A stretch of 64,000 nt of DNA from a virus (IMGVR_UViG_3300036987_000310:192001-256000), one strand, 5' to 3'. Positions 36,189 to 45,507 are shown, numbered from the stretch's first letter. The notes: generated by a model from the letters alone, not told the origin. Translations and numbers: made by a program.

Positions 36189-36213
36189 ATACGCGGGCGA
36201 GCGGGTGAGCTAC
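36189..36213 (-). promoter_or_regulatory. promoter-like motif GTAGCT-N13-GCGTAT
   Basis: upstream of 35941..36159. Confidence 0.65.
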
Positions 36214-36221
36214 GATCGGGC

Positions 36222-37106
36222 TCAGAGCTTTTTTCTCTCAAGATAGTCGGCCAGGTTGCAGCTGAAACACAGCACGCGGTATCCGTCCGGAAAACCTTCG
36301 CGTTTCAACCATCGATAAAACTGAACGCCGCCAATGACTTTGATTCTCTTTCGGTGTGCAGCTCCGTCCATGTTTGGGTGATCAATGCTGAGGACTCGAA
36401 CATCACCATTTCCACACTGAGCACATCTACACTCACCATTCGAATACCTTGCCAAAACCTCTTTTTTCAGGAGCAGTTCTTGCTCATACCTTCGCGCCAG
36501 ATCCGGCCTGGAACTGCGTGTTGGCCATGATTTGAGAGAGTTGCAATTGTGACATAAAACCTGAAATCCTTCAGGGAACTCGTTCTTTTCCAACCACAGA
36601 TAAAGCTTGGATCCTCCATCTGGTCCTTTGCGATTCTTGTCGTCGATGTGATCGATGGCGAGAGCATAGAGCCTGGATTCGCCGCATGCGCATTTCATGC
36701 TCCCGTTTGAATAACGCGCAAGCACCCGTATCTTGCGTTTCAAAATTCGCTCACGACTTTTTGGTTGAATTTTATCTCGACGTTTGTGATGACTTTTCCT
36801 GTGTTGGGCCTTGCGCTTCTCCGGGTCGCGAGCTGATTCATATCCTGCGCATTGTTCAGGTCGGTCTGCGCGATATTTTCGCAAATAGTCATTGCGACAG
36901 GTGGCACATGCTCCGGCCTTCGTCCATCCATCTGGCGGGTTCGCACCATGTATGGCACACGGTTTCGGCACCCTTGCCATGGCAGCCTCGCGCATACACT
37001 GTTTGCATTCGCGAGCCACTCTGTCTCCGCGACGACGGACATAACACTGCTCTTCGGTCAAGTTGCCGTGTTTCGCACAGGTTCTGATGAACTCCATTAG
37101 AAACAC
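36222..37106 (-). CDS. tandem HNH (Cys-His) endonuclease, homing-endonuclease-like
   Basis: two C..CG...L.IDH...GF(Q)/GYR VLC..CN modules. Confidence 0.85.
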   Translation of the reverse strand: MFLMEFIRTCAKHGNLTEEQCYVRRRGDRVARECKQCMREAAMARVPKPCAIHGANPPDGWTKAGACATCRNDYLRKYRADRPEQCAGYESARDPEKRKAQHRKSHHKRRDKIQPKSRERILKRKIRVLARYSNGSMKCACGESRLYALAIDHIDDKNRKGPDGGSKLYLWLEKNEFPEGFQVLCHNCNSLKSWPTRSSRPDLARRYEQELLLKKEVLARYSNGECRCAQCGNGDVRVLSIDHPNMDGAAHRKRIKVIGGVQFYRWLKREGFPDGYRVLCFSCNLADYLERKKL

Positions 37107-37186
37107 TACCGAATGCAGGTTAAACTTCCGTGTTAGAAGGTGTTATAGGAAGGATGTTAGAGAATGTTAGAGGAAGCTGGAGAAAA

Positions 37187-38722
37187 TTACGGACGGTCAA
37201 TGCGAAGCGGCGCAACCCTACCGAACGCGGGCTTGAACCCCGTGTTGTTGCGCGTAAGCACCCACACCACGTCCATTCCTTTGGGACGCAGCTCGTAGGG
37301 CACCGTGCCGCAGTCGCCGTCCGTCAGGACGACAATCACGTCGAAATCCGTGCCCAGGTGCTTCGGGAAGTCCCGAAAAAACTCGTCGAATACGGTCCCT
37401 CCACGTCCGACCACCTTGGTGCGCTTGAGATCTTCCACCTTTTCCACACGGTGGACCCCCGCCCAGTGGGGAGACGCATCGCAGGGGATGACGTATCCTT
37501 CGGTGTTGTTCCCCAGGACCTGCAGCTGGGAGATTCCGTAAGCCATGTCGTCGTCGCCCATGGACCCTGAGGTGTCGAGCATTGCCAGCCAACGGGGCTT
37601 GTGCATGTAGCGCCGAGGCAGGTACATCTTGGGGTTGGTGCCCAAGAACCGCCGCCTGATGCGCTTCCAATCGTTGTTCAACCCCGCGTCCTGGACCTTC
37701 TTGAGCAGGGCGCTGCGAACGATGTCGGTGAACTTCAGGGTTGGCTTCTTCAACTCGCCGAGCATGCCTTCGATTTCCGACGGCAGACTGCCTCTCATCT
37801 GAGTCGCCTGGTCAGCCGCTCGCATGAGATCTGCCTGGACTTCTTGCTGGGTCATGTCGGTGTCGATGTGAGAATCCATGCCGCCCAGTCGGTCCATGGG
37901 CGACCCACATTTTCCGCATTCATGGCCATGCTCGTGAGGATGCTGTCCGCATCCGCTGCTGGGATTCTGTCCAGGCTGGTTCCCGTCTCCTCCATCCCCG
38001 TCTTCCTCTCCAGGCTGGTCTCCAGGCTGATCCCCAGGGGACTTGCCCTTTTGACCTTGCCCCTGATTGCCCTTTTGCTTCTGGCCGTCTGCGCCCATGG
38101 ACAGGTTTCCGCACTGGGGGCACTTGCGCGGGGACTTGTTCCAGTGGTCGATGATCTCGTCGTAGATGGACTCGGGCGACCGGCCGTGCAGCGACTTGTC
38201 CGCGAAGCAGAACTCCCCTTTCGGAAGCTCCTGCTTGCCGTCGATGAACGACAGGAGGGTGGCGAAGCTCAGGGGCTCCCCGATGTTGCCGCCAAACAGC
38301 TGGCCCTTGCGGTGCGTCTTTTCGTGGTCGGTCCACAGGCACGCGTTGACCACATAGTCCACCGAGATGTTCCACACCTGATGCATCTTCCCCTTGCCTC
38401 GCTTCGGGTGGAAGAAGATGATGTGGTAACCCTCGTGCTGCATGACAGTGGCCAGCTCGTCGGGCGTGAGCTTGTTGAGGAATTCTGGGTTCCAGTAGTA
38501 GGTGCGGCCGTCGGTGGCCGCCGTGTCGATGGGCTGTCCGTGCAGTTCAGTGCACAGCTCGTGCGGCTTGGGCGCCGAGTATGCGAACAAGAATGGGTTT
38601 CCACCGTTCTCCGGCTTGCGGAAAAGCCGGGTCATGCAGGAAGAGACCTTCTCCTGCATGGAGTTGAGCTGGGCGCCGTTGGGCGCCACCTTCCTGGGGT
38701 CCGAGAGTCGTGAACCGATCAT
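37187..38722 (-). CDS. VWA-domain protein with N-terminal HExxH metallopeptidase-like domain (DUF2201-like)
   Basis: TAATDG, HEGYH, MIDAS LDTSGSM, GRGGT, LTDG. Confidence 0.9.
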   Translation of the reverse strand: MIGSRLSDPRKVAPNGAQLNSMQEKVSSCMTRLFRKPENGGNPFLFAYSAPKPHELCTELHGQPIDTAATDGRTYYWNPEFLNKLTPDELATVMQHEGYHIIFFHPKRGKGKMHQVWNISVDYVVNACLWTDHEKTHRKGQLFGGNIGEPLSFATLLSFIDGKQELPKGEFCFADKSLHGRSPESIYDEIIDHWNKSPRKCPQCGNLSMGADGQKQKGNQGQGQKGKSPGDQPGDQPGEEDGDGGDGNQPGQNPSSGCGQHPHEHGHECGKCGSPMDRLGGMDSHIDTDMTQQEVQADLMRAADQATQMRGSLPSEIEGMLGELKKPTLKFTDIVRSALLKKVQDAGLNNDWKRIRRRFLGTNPKMYLPRRYMHKPRWLAMLDTSGSMGDDDMAYGISQLQVLGNNTEGYVIPCDASPHWAGVHRVEKVEDLKRTKVVGRGGTVFDEFFRDFPKHLGTDFDVIVVLTDGDCGTVPYELRPKGMDVVWVLTRNNTGFKPAFGRVAPLRIDRP

Positions 38723-38742
38723 TCTGTCACCTCCACAATCTG

Positions 38743-38767
38743 ATACTCGCGGATCGGCGAGAGCTCC
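38743..38767 (-). promoter_or_regulatory. promoter-like motif GGAGCT-N13-GAGTAT
   Basis: upstream of the VWA gene, followed by GGAGGTGA. Confidence 0.75.
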
Positions 38768-38782
38768 ACCGCGATTTGAGCT

Positions 38783-38980
38783 TCATTCTGGCAGGGTCCA
38801 GCCTTGAACATATCCTACACGAAATCGGTGACGCAGCTCCACCAAGGAGAACACGATTTTGTCGGGTTCTCCTGAAACCATGACGTCGAGCGAATCTGGC
38901 TCGATTTTGAGACCTTGACCCTGAAGGAATTTGACAATTTTGTTACGGGCTCGTTTCGTGGTTTGAATCTGTGCCTTCAT
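38783..38980 (-). CDS. hypothetical protein
   Basis: ATGA-coupled MKAQIQ. Confidence 0.55.
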   Translation of the reverse strand: MKAQIQTTKRARNKIVKFLQGQGLKIEPDSLDVMVSGEPDKIVFSLVELRHRFRVGYVQGWTLPE

Positions 38981-39543
38981 GCTGTCATCACCACCTTCAC
39001 CGAGTACAGGTCCCATCCCTTTTGGATAGCTTTCGAGGTTATTTCCTTGCGCCTGAGGACCAAATCCAGCTTCTCTGCCCTCTCCTTGATGCGCCAGGAG
39101 AGCTGTTTGTACCTTTGGAGCCCGTCTTCGAGGTCCGACCGCTGCGGAATCGGCACTGTTGCTCGTGCAGAATTTGCAACCCAAGCATTCTCCTCTTCGA
39201 TGGACTCGTGCAGCCTGCACAACCGCAGGGCGATCATCTTGGCAATGACGGTTGCGGGCGTTGGCGTTTTCTTGACGATCTTCGGCACCACTTCCGAAAT
39301 TTTCTTCAAAACGGCCGCCTCGTCGCCGAAGAACACGAGATTGGACGTGACGCTTCCTCGCTGAAGCGAGCCCCAAACCATGTCTGGCGTCTGCACCCCT
39401 CCTCGAGTTTCGAGGGAACTCATGAAAGCGGACACCTTTTGGAAGTGTCCGTGGGCGCTGTGAAAAGAGAAATCCTTGATCTGCTTGAAGCAGTCTTGTT
39501 TTGCTTTCAGCGCATTGGAAATTGCCTGAGAATATTTCAGCAT
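38977..39543 (-). CDS. hypothetical protein with C-terminal tag
   Basis: ends YSVKVVMTA*. Confidence 0.8.
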   Translation of the reverse strand: MLKYSQAISNALKAKQDCFKQIKDFSFHSAHGHFQKVSAFMSSLETRGGVQTPDMVWGSLQRGSVTSNLVFFGDEAAVLKKISEVVPKIVKKTPTPATVIAKMIALRLCRLHESIEEENAWVANSARATVPIPQRSDLEDGLQRYKQLSWRIKERAEKLDLVLRRKEITSKAIQKGWDLYSVKVVMTA

Positions 39544-39562
39544 TCAATCACCTCCTGGCCCG

Positions 39563-39587
39563 ATACGCGCTCGGATCGCCAACTGCC
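39563..39587 (-). promoter_or_regulatory. promoter-like motif GGCAGT-N13-GCGTAT
   Basis: upstream of 38977..39543. Confidence 0.65.
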
Positions 39588-39595
39588 GATGCGCT

Positions 39596-39835
39596 TCATG
39601 AATTGTGCACAAACTCACACAAGCGCTCGTCGCAGGTTGGCCTTTCGCGAACGTCCGGCGCCCTCAAGTTGCACCGCGCACATCTTCTCTCGCGATAGAT
39701 GATGGTCCTTCCGCGGTCGTCGACGTCTCGAACAACTGTCATTCTCCACTGGTGTCCTTTTTTGTCCGGGGGATCAGGTTTGCTGCCATTCTCCCATTCC
39801 CAGGCTCGCTCATTGTCGACGTGTTGGAAGTTCAC
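39596..39835 (-). CDS. small Zn-binding protein (family B) with C-terminal tag
   Basis: HQW...RCARC...TCDERLCEFVHNS*; GTGA-coupled start. Confidence 0.7.
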   Translation of the reverse strand: MNFQHVDNERAWEWENGSKPDPPDKKGHQWRMTVVRDVDDRGRTIIYRERRCARCNLRAPDVRERPTCDERLCEFVHNS

Positions 39836-40095
39836 GACTCCATCACTTCTCGCATGCGGAGCTCGTCTCGAGTGACGAATCGAGCTCCTGGCGGCAAGTT
39901 TTCTGCCTTGATCCGGTGAGCGTGGCAAAGAGCTCTCCACATTTCAAGGCCGTTGTCGAGCCTCAAAATCCACTGAGACGCTTTCTTCTGGCAGCAAAAG
40001 CATTTTTTGCCTGGCAAAGTTTTGCAGCGAGGGATTTTTATATGGGAAATTTTAAATGTTCCGTTGAAAAAATCAGGTGGGAATCTTTTTGGCAT
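39832..40095 (-). CDS. small zinc-finger protein (family A) with C-terminal tag
   Basis: CFCCQKKASQWIL...LCHAH...VTRDELRMREVMES*. Confidence 0.75.
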   Translation of the reverse strand: MPKRFPPDFFNGTFKISHIKIPRCKTLPGKKCFCCQKKASQWILRLDNGLEMWRALCHAHRIKAENLPPGARFVTRDELRMREVMES

Positions 40096-40493
40096 CAGTC
40101 CCTCATTATGTCTCGGATGTTGTCCATGAGGCACTTGTTCGGGTCGTGAAAATCTCGGCGCCCGTGGCGCCTTTTGATTGCTCTGCCGCATCCGGGGCAC
40201 TGAACCGGCTTCTTTTCCGGCTTCTCTTCTTGCGGAAACATGACGAGGGGGGCCTCAGAATACGGGCGATAGCTAACTTTCCACCGTAGACGGAACACCT
40301 CTTTCAGAGAAGCATGCTTCTTTCTTTTCGGAGCGATTGCCCACCCGATGGCGGCAGCCTGCTTCAAACACTCCCAAATGTGTTCTGGCGGCTCTGCCAA
40401 GAAATCGGCCACGTCTTTTGCAGAGAATTCTTTCAAGTTCGGATCCGACAGGATCCTTTCGATTCTCGGCATGAGGTCAGGCCGTGCAGACAA
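40095..40493 (-). CDS. HTH-like plus CxxC-H-H-C protein with C-terminal tag
   Basis: paralog of 40505..41176; ends NIRDIMRD*; TTG start inferred. Confidence 0.7.
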   Translation of the reverse strand: MSARPDLMPRIERILSDPNLKEFSAKDVADFLAEPPEHIWECLKQAAAIGWAIAPKRKKHASLKEVFRLRWKVSYRPYSEAPLVMFPQEEKPEKKPVQCPGCGRAIKRRHGRRDFHDPNKCLMDNIRDIMRD

Positions 40494-40504
40494 TGTGTGC
40501 CTCG

Positions 40505-41176
40505 CTAGTCTTTCATGATCAGCGCGATCATGGTCATCCTGCATTGCTCGGGGTCGTGCACTTCGGCTCTTGCGTGCCGACGAGCTGGACAGTTGCACCA
40601 CGGACAACGCCCGTTGCCGCGAGCGGGGCGAGGTGCCCGGCTCGCGGGCTTCCAAACGAAATGACGACGATCGACCAGACGATACAAGACGCCGCTTGCT
40701 GCCGCAAGATCTTGAGGAACCGTGACGAATGGCACGGCGCCAGACCAGGTAATGACCCCGCTTTCTCTCAACTGCTCCAAATATTTTTCGACATCATGGA
40801 TGCCAGCAAAGTCAGCAGCGCTTGCGACCCCGACCTTTTCGAAAACCCGCCGCATTTTGAGAACGATTGACGGGTCGAGCTTTTCTCGCTTCTTTGGCTT
40901 TGGCGGCACAGCGGGAGGCGGAGCTGCAAAGCTGTTTTCATGCCTCACTGCGCCGCCACGAAGGGCCAAAGCGTCCAAACAATCTTGGACGTCTTCCACG
41001 TGTTCGCGAAGTTCTTTGGCGAGGACCGCGGGAGACGTCGTGCGAGCCCAGTCCAAAGCCTGGAGCTTCTTGCCGACTTGAATCAACAAGTCTGGGCGCG
41101 CTTTTCGGACTGGCGGAGGGTCGCCCTTTGCGGGCTTGGGCTTAGGGTCCTTTCGCCGGTCTCGGTTCTTTGCCAT
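40505..41176 (-). CDS. tandem HTH-like plus CxxC-H-H-C protein with C-terminal tag
   Basis: ARPDL...CPWC...RRH...HDPEQC...MIALIMKD*. Confidence 0.75.
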   Translation of the reverse strand: MAKNRDRRKDPKPKPAKGDPPPVRKARPDLLIQVGKKLQALDWARTTSPAVLAKELREHVEDVQDCLDALALRGGAVRHENSFAAPPPAVPPKPKKREKLDPSIVLKMRRVFEKVGVASAADFAGIHDVEKYLEQLRESGVITWSGAVPFVTVPQDLAAASGVLYRLVDRRHFVWKPASRAPRPARGNGRCPWCNCPARRHARAEVHDPEQCRMTMIALIMKD

Positions 41177-41200
41177 GGCGTCACCAGTTCATTCTTTGGT

Positions 41201-41716
41201 TTATTCTTCGTGCACCAATTTGAGCAAACAACTGCGCGTGCGGCATTCGTTCAGCGGTTTCCCGAAAGCTCTATGCTTCGGGTCTGTGCACCGTTTCACT
41301 GGCCATGAGCGAACACGAAGAGCCACGTCCTGTGCTTGGGAAAGTAGCGCGGTCGCAAGTTTTGGATCCTTGGCAGCGCGAAGCATCGTTTCTTTGTCCG
41401 TTAGAACGTTGTAAAAGTTCACCGGGTCTTTGGCTTTTTCCATCAGATTGCAGATCGTGCGGAAAACCACGCTGTCTGTTTGATTCCTGACCCCGACAGC
41501 CAGAAACATGCGCTTCTGCATGTTTCTGACCATATCTCTTTCCAAGTTTTCGGCCTGTTTTCGTCGACACTCAGCCCAGTAATTTCGTTTGACGCCAGCC
41601 TCTCCATATTCTTCTAGCGCCTTTTTTCCTTCCCACAAACGTCGAAGTTTCAGTTCATGGTCTTCGACACCGAAATGACGCCGAGTCAAAGCGCGAAATC
41701 TTTTGAAGGACATCAT
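41201..41716 (-). CDS. hypothetical protein with C-terminal tag
   Basis: ends CLLKLVHEE*. Confidence 0.75.
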   Translation of the reverse strand: MMSFKRFRALTRRHFGVEDHELKLRRLWEGKKALEEYGEAGVKRNYWAECRRKQAENLERDMVRNMQKRMFLAVGVRNQTDSVVFRTICNLMEKAKDPVNFYNVLTDKETMLRAAKDPKLATALLSQAQDVALRVRSWPVKRCTDPKHRAFGKPLNECRTRSCLLKLVHEE

Positions 41717-41720
41717 GGCG

Positions 41721-42026
41721 TCACCTAGACATTACTTCGTACACGGTGAAATCTCCAGGAGCGAGACCATCGAGATGAAAAATCACCACCTGGCGAAAGT
41801 TTTTCGTCAACGTGTCAAAAAACACGGGGGCACAGTCGCTGCACACGAGCTTTACCTTCCCGGCGTGCGGGCTTCCTGGCTTGAAGCGCGCGAAATCTGC
41901 TTCGTTCAGATCGTACAAAACAGCCACAGCAATGCTGTGCCCGTTTGAAGACGGAAGCGCAGTCGAGTTTAAGCCGCAAGCGATCACGGCCTGGGCTAGA
42001 GCCTCGTCGAACTGGCACTGGTTCAT
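41721..42026 (-). CDS. hypothetical protein with C-terminal tag
   Basis: ATGA-coupled; ends TVYEVMSR*. Confidence 0.7.
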   Translation of the reverse strand: MNQCQFDEALAQAVIACGLNSTALPSSNGHSIAVAVLYDLNEADFARFKPGSPHAGKVKLVCSDCAPVFFDTLTKNFRQVVIFHLDGLAPGDFTVYEVMSR

Positions 42027-42235
42027 TCGGTCGCCCACGATTCGGTCGCTATGGTCAGGTTTGACCAAACAGTTGTCCGGACTGTGTAGCCTCTCGTCTC
42101 AAGATCCGCCACGTTGACGCTTCCATCTTTGTGGTCGATGATCAGCCTCACAAGCTTTCCGGACGAAATCTCTTTGAACACGCCGGACAGGCCGCGTTCG
42201 TGCACTTCCGCCACAATCGCGTCGTTTTCGTTCAT
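42023..42235 (-). CDS. hypothetical protein
   Basis: GAGGAG SD. Confidence 0.7.
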   Translation of the reverse strand: MNENDAIVAEVHERGLSGVFKEISSGKLVRLIIDHKDGSVNVADLETRGYTVRTTVWSNLTIATESWATE

Positions 42236-42284
42236 GACTTGTGACTCCTCGACGAATCGGAGACCGTGTGATCTCCGCGATTGA

Positions 42285-42309
42285 ATACTGCGCGATCGCC
42301 GCGAGTTTC
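42285..42309 (-). promoter_or_regulatory. variant promoter-like motif GAAACT-N13-CAGTAT
   Basis: upstream of 42023..42235. Confidence 0.5.
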
Positions 42310-42456
42310 ACTGTTCGTGAATGCAAACTCCATTAAGCACAGGAATTCGTAAGCGTCTATGTCATGTGACATATATGTGGGTGGGGACTCGCTGTAGTGC
42401 TCCACATTTCGAACAAGTCCATTTGTCAGGAATTTGGCAGGTAGGAGCAGGATGGG

Positions 42457-42500
42457 TGACAGGTTCGGTTTATGGTGAAAACCCGCAACCGAACCTGTCA
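42457..42500. terminator. 14-bp hairpin just downstream of the AAA+ gene
   Basis: TGACAGGTTCGGTT...AACCGAACCTGTCA with inner GGT-GAAA-ACC; no U tract. Confidence 0.5.
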
Positions 42501-42510
42501 ATCGTACTGA

Positions 42511-43617
42511 TCAGTCGTTCAAGCTTTTTCTGATTTTCACGTATGTGGCCATCAGCTCCGGGACGCGGGTGAGCTTCCAGTCCTGGATGATCTTCATGCT
42601 CAGGACGGACTTCACGGCACCGATGGCGAACTCCGGAGGAATCTCTCCCAACCATCCGAAGACATTCTTGGTGACCTTGAGAATCCTCTCCTCCTGCTTC
42701 GCCTTCTCTGCGCCGGACTTCTGGTCTCGGCCGAGCTGGGAGATGATGTTGCAGCCCGCGATGGCGCAGACCATGATGCGGTCCACGGTCATGTTCTCGA
42801 TGTTGGGCTTCTTGCCGTCCTTGACCAGAGCATCGATGATGGGCTCGATGTGCCGGTAGTGGTCGAGCCACACCCTGAACTTGATTGCGGCAGCCTGGCC
42901 CACGCGGCCTGCCACGAGCATGGTCTGGAAGTCGACCGTCTCCTTCATCACCAGGTCCAGGTCCCTGGCCGCCATGGTCCAGGCGCGAGGGGACGGGTGG
43001 CAGTAAGCCGTGTCGTCGCCCTCGGGAGGCGGCATGAGCAGGTATTCCTGGTTCTTGCTCAAGAAGCCGACGATGAGGCCGTTCACGCCCTCTTCTGCGG
43101 CCCAGATCTGCCACGGCTCGAAGCTCGACTCCACCTTGTACACCATGCACCTGTTGGTCAGGGCGTGGGAGACGGGGAGCGAGAAGGCGCCTTCCTCGGG
43201 CAGGTTGCCCGTCGAGATGATGCTGTGAATGTCCAGCGGACGCCCGTTGATCGTCCTGAACTGGAACAGTTCCAGCATCGGGTTCTGCAGCTCGGGCTTG
43301 GCCTTGTCGATCTCGTCCACCACGAGAACGACGCCCTTGTCGCGCGTGCCCTTGATCGGGAGGAACTTGGGCGTGGCGTACTCGGAGAGCTTGGTCTCCG
43401 GGTCGATCATCGGCAGGCCGTTGAGGTCGGGGGCCTCGAGAACGGAGAGGTTGAGGTAGACGGCCTCGCGGCCCTTCTCCTTGGCCGCCTGGAAGGCCAT
43501 TTCAGTCTTGCCCGTACCGGCCGCGCCGAAAATCATGATGTTGCCGCCGGAGTCGATGCTGAAGCGGTAGAGGGTCTTGAGCGTTGCCTGATCTACGTTG
43601 TGGATTCCCGTGAGCAT
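42511..43617 (-). CDS. MoxR-like AAA+ ATPase
   Basis: Walker A GAAGTGKT, Walker B LVVDEIDK, sensor TGN, ALTNR, PSPRAW. Confidence 0.92.
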   Translation of the reverse strand: MLTGIHNVDQATLKTLYRFSIDSGGNIMIFGAAGTGKTEMAFQAAKEKGREAVYLNLSVLEAPDLNGLPMIDPETKLSEYATPKFLPIKGTRDKGVVLVVDEIDKAKPELQNPMLELFQFRTINGRPLDIHSIISTGNLPEEGAFSLPVSHALTNRCMVYKVESSFEPWQIWAAEEGVNGLIVGFLSKNQEYLLMPPPEGDDTAYCHPSPRAWTMAARDLDLVMKETVDFQTMLVAGRVGQAAAIKFRVWLDHYRHIEPIIDALVKDGKKPNIENMTVDRIMVCAIAGCNIISQLGRDQKSGAEKAKQEERILKVTKNVFGWLGEIPPEFAIGAVKSVLSMKIIQDWKLTRVPELMATYVKIRKSLND

Positions 43618-43658
43618 GTGTCACCTCGTTGTGGGCCGCTCCATCGCGGCATGGCTGG

Positions 43659-43683
43659 ATACGCGGCGGACGACGCGGCTTCC
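43659..43683 (-). promoter_or_regulatory. promoter-like motif GGAAGC-N13-GCGTAT
   Basis: upstream of the AAA+ gene. Confidence 0.7.
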
Positions 43684-43749
43684 GACCCGGTTTGAATTTC
43701 GTGGTTTCGATTCAAGCGCCTCGCCCGGCTCCACTAGCAATACGCAGCA

Positions 43750-44526
43750 GTGCGCTGCGCTTCCGACTGTTTTGAAACAGTATCGTATTATATGGAACCG
43801 AAATTGTGTGTCAAACATCTCAAACACTGCGAAATGAAGTTGCAAGGTCGAGTTTGGAAATGCCCTGCGTGTTACAACAAGAGGAGGCGGGAGCGGTACG
43901 CTGAGAGAAAGGACGACCCGAAGCGCAAGGAGCTTGCTGCCTCTTGGCGAAATCGTCTTCGCCCGAAGATGCGCGAATGGCGAGAATCTTACAACGAAAA
44001 GTTGAAACGATCCGCGTTCGAAGCATACGGAGGCGTCAGGTGCAAATTGTGTGGGGAGAACGAAATTGACAGGCTGGCGCTCGACCATGTCGCAAACGAT
44101 GGACATGCCGATCGTTCTGCGACAAAAAGATCTGGCACGAAGCTTTATTCTTTCCTCAAAACGCACGGGTGGCCCCCAGGTTTTCAAGTGCTTTGCCACA
44201 ATTGCAACATCTTGAAGCGCGCAGCCAGGTATTCAGAATGCGCAAAGACGCGCAAACAGCAAGCCACTCTTGCTAGGGCCAAGTGGATCAAAACGCAGGT
44301 TGTTGTTCATTATGGCGGCGGATTCGCCGCATGCGTCAAATGCGGGTACGACAAACTTGAGGCCCTTACTCTTGATCACGTGAACAATGACGGTTATGCA
44401 ACCCGCGGGAACCTCAGCCCCGGGAGGACCGCATACCTCAAACTTATGAACAGCGGCTACCCTCCTGGGTACCAAACTTTGTGTTTCTGCTGCAACATGG
44501 AAAAGGAAATCATGCTGCGCAGGTGA
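43750..44526 (+). CDS. tandem HNH (Cys-His) endonuclease, homing-endonuclease-like
   Basis: CKLCG...LALDH...GFQVLCHNCN and CVKCG...LTLDH...GYQTLCFCCN. Confidence 0.85.
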   Translation: MRCASDCFETVSYYMEPKLCVKHLKHCEMKLQGRVWKCPACYNKRRRERYAERKDDPKRKELAASWRNRLRPKMREWRESYNEKLKRSAFEAYGGVRCKLCGENEIDRLALDHVANDGHADRSATKRSGTKLYSFLKTHGWPPGFQVLCHNCNILKRAARYSECAKTRKQQATLARAKWIKTQVVVHYGGGFAACVKCGYDKLEALTLDHVNNDGYATRGNLSPGRTAYLKLMNSGYPPGYQTLCFCCNMEKEIMLRR

Positions 44527-44653
44527 TCTCCGGTGTGGCTCAAGACTGTACATTGAAGACTGCGCTTTGCTGTGTCGCACAGCCAGCAATACCCAGCAGG
44601 CCGCCGAGCCTTCGATCCCGTCTAAAGCCGCCTCGTCCCTGTTCAAACAGGGC

Positions 44654-44678
44654 GCAAGTCTGGCGATTCGTCGAGTAC
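44654..44678 (+). promoter_or_regulatory. promoter-like motif GCAAGT-N13-GAGTAC
   Basis: upstream of 44698..45447, GAGGTGA SD. Confidence 0.7.
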
Positions 44679-44697
44679 CCGCGCCAAGAGGTGACGA

Positions 44698-45447
44698 ATG
44701 CCCAAGCCGAGAACAACGAACCCCAAAATTGAGTTTGTCCACTCGGAGCGAGCAAGAAACGCTGTTCTGGCCCGCGTGGGCGCTCTAAACGCCCAAGGCA
44801 ACGACCGGGACGTATCCAACGTTGTTTACGCGCTGCGCGACAGAGCGCGAGTGTCCGCCCGTTACGTGTGCTGGAATAAGGTGGACTCAAAGCGAGTGTC
44901 CACCCACTACGTTCTTTGGAGCGATGGGTCCCCAAAAAAGGACGACTGCCTTCCAAAGAGCGTTGTCAACGGAGTGAAGAAGGACTTTCCAGGAGAAACT
45001 GGTTTCTCCTGCGTCTTGTTCAGACACGTTTGGGCAGCCCAAGCGGAACCCAGCAGCGGATTTCTGCTGGCTTTCCCTGGGAGCGAAGACGACCTCCTTC
45101 TCGAGATCGAGCAAACGTGGATGGAAGAAGACATGGAGCAAGAGCTAGCCCCGCTCTTGCGCGAAGAATTCAAGCATGAGGTGCACCAGTTTTTGGCGTC
45201 GAGAGCCCTGTACTCGATTCGAGGTGGAATGCATCAGGCTCGCGAGAAGATGATCGAATTTGCTCACGGCTACACCCTAGCCTGGAACAAGTTCGGTGGC
45301 GAAAAAGTTCACCCGCGTCCATACGTGATTTCGCCGCGATACGGAAAAGGATCGCAAGGGGTTGCCTATATGCTCACGATTCCCCCGAAACAGCTTCTTG
45401 AAGAAGCGCAAGACGAGTTCGCTTACCAAATTGTGATGGAATCGTGA
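44698..45447 (+). CDS. hypothetical protein with C-terminal tag
   Basis: ends EFAYQIVMES*. Confidence 0.8.
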   Translation: MPKPRTTNPKIEFVHSERARNAVLARVGALNAQGNDRDVSNVVYALRDRARVSARYVCWNKVDSKRVSTHYVLWSDGSPKKDDCLPKSVVNGVKKDFPGETGFSCVLFRHVWAAQAEPSSGFLLAFPGSEDDLLLEIEQTWMEEDMEQELAPLLREEFKHEVHQFLASRALYSIRGGMHQAREKMIEFAHGYTLAWNKFGGEKVHPRPYVISPRYGKGSQGVAYMLTIPPKQLLEEAQDEFAYQIVMES

Positions 45448-45462
45448 CCTTCAAGGCGCGTT

Positions 45463-45487
45463 GGAGCTGCAGCGGCGCGGCGAGTAT
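45463..45487 (+). promoter_or_regulatory. promoter-like motif GGAGCT-N13-GAGTAT
   Basis: upstream of 45508. Confidence 0.75.
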
Positions 45488-45507
45488 TCGATCGCGGAGG
45501 TGACGCA

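Noticed and set aside
42232-42501. ORF 42232..42501 as a gene
   Set aside because: It spans a terminator-like hairpin and a promoter motif and has no SD; more likely intergenic.
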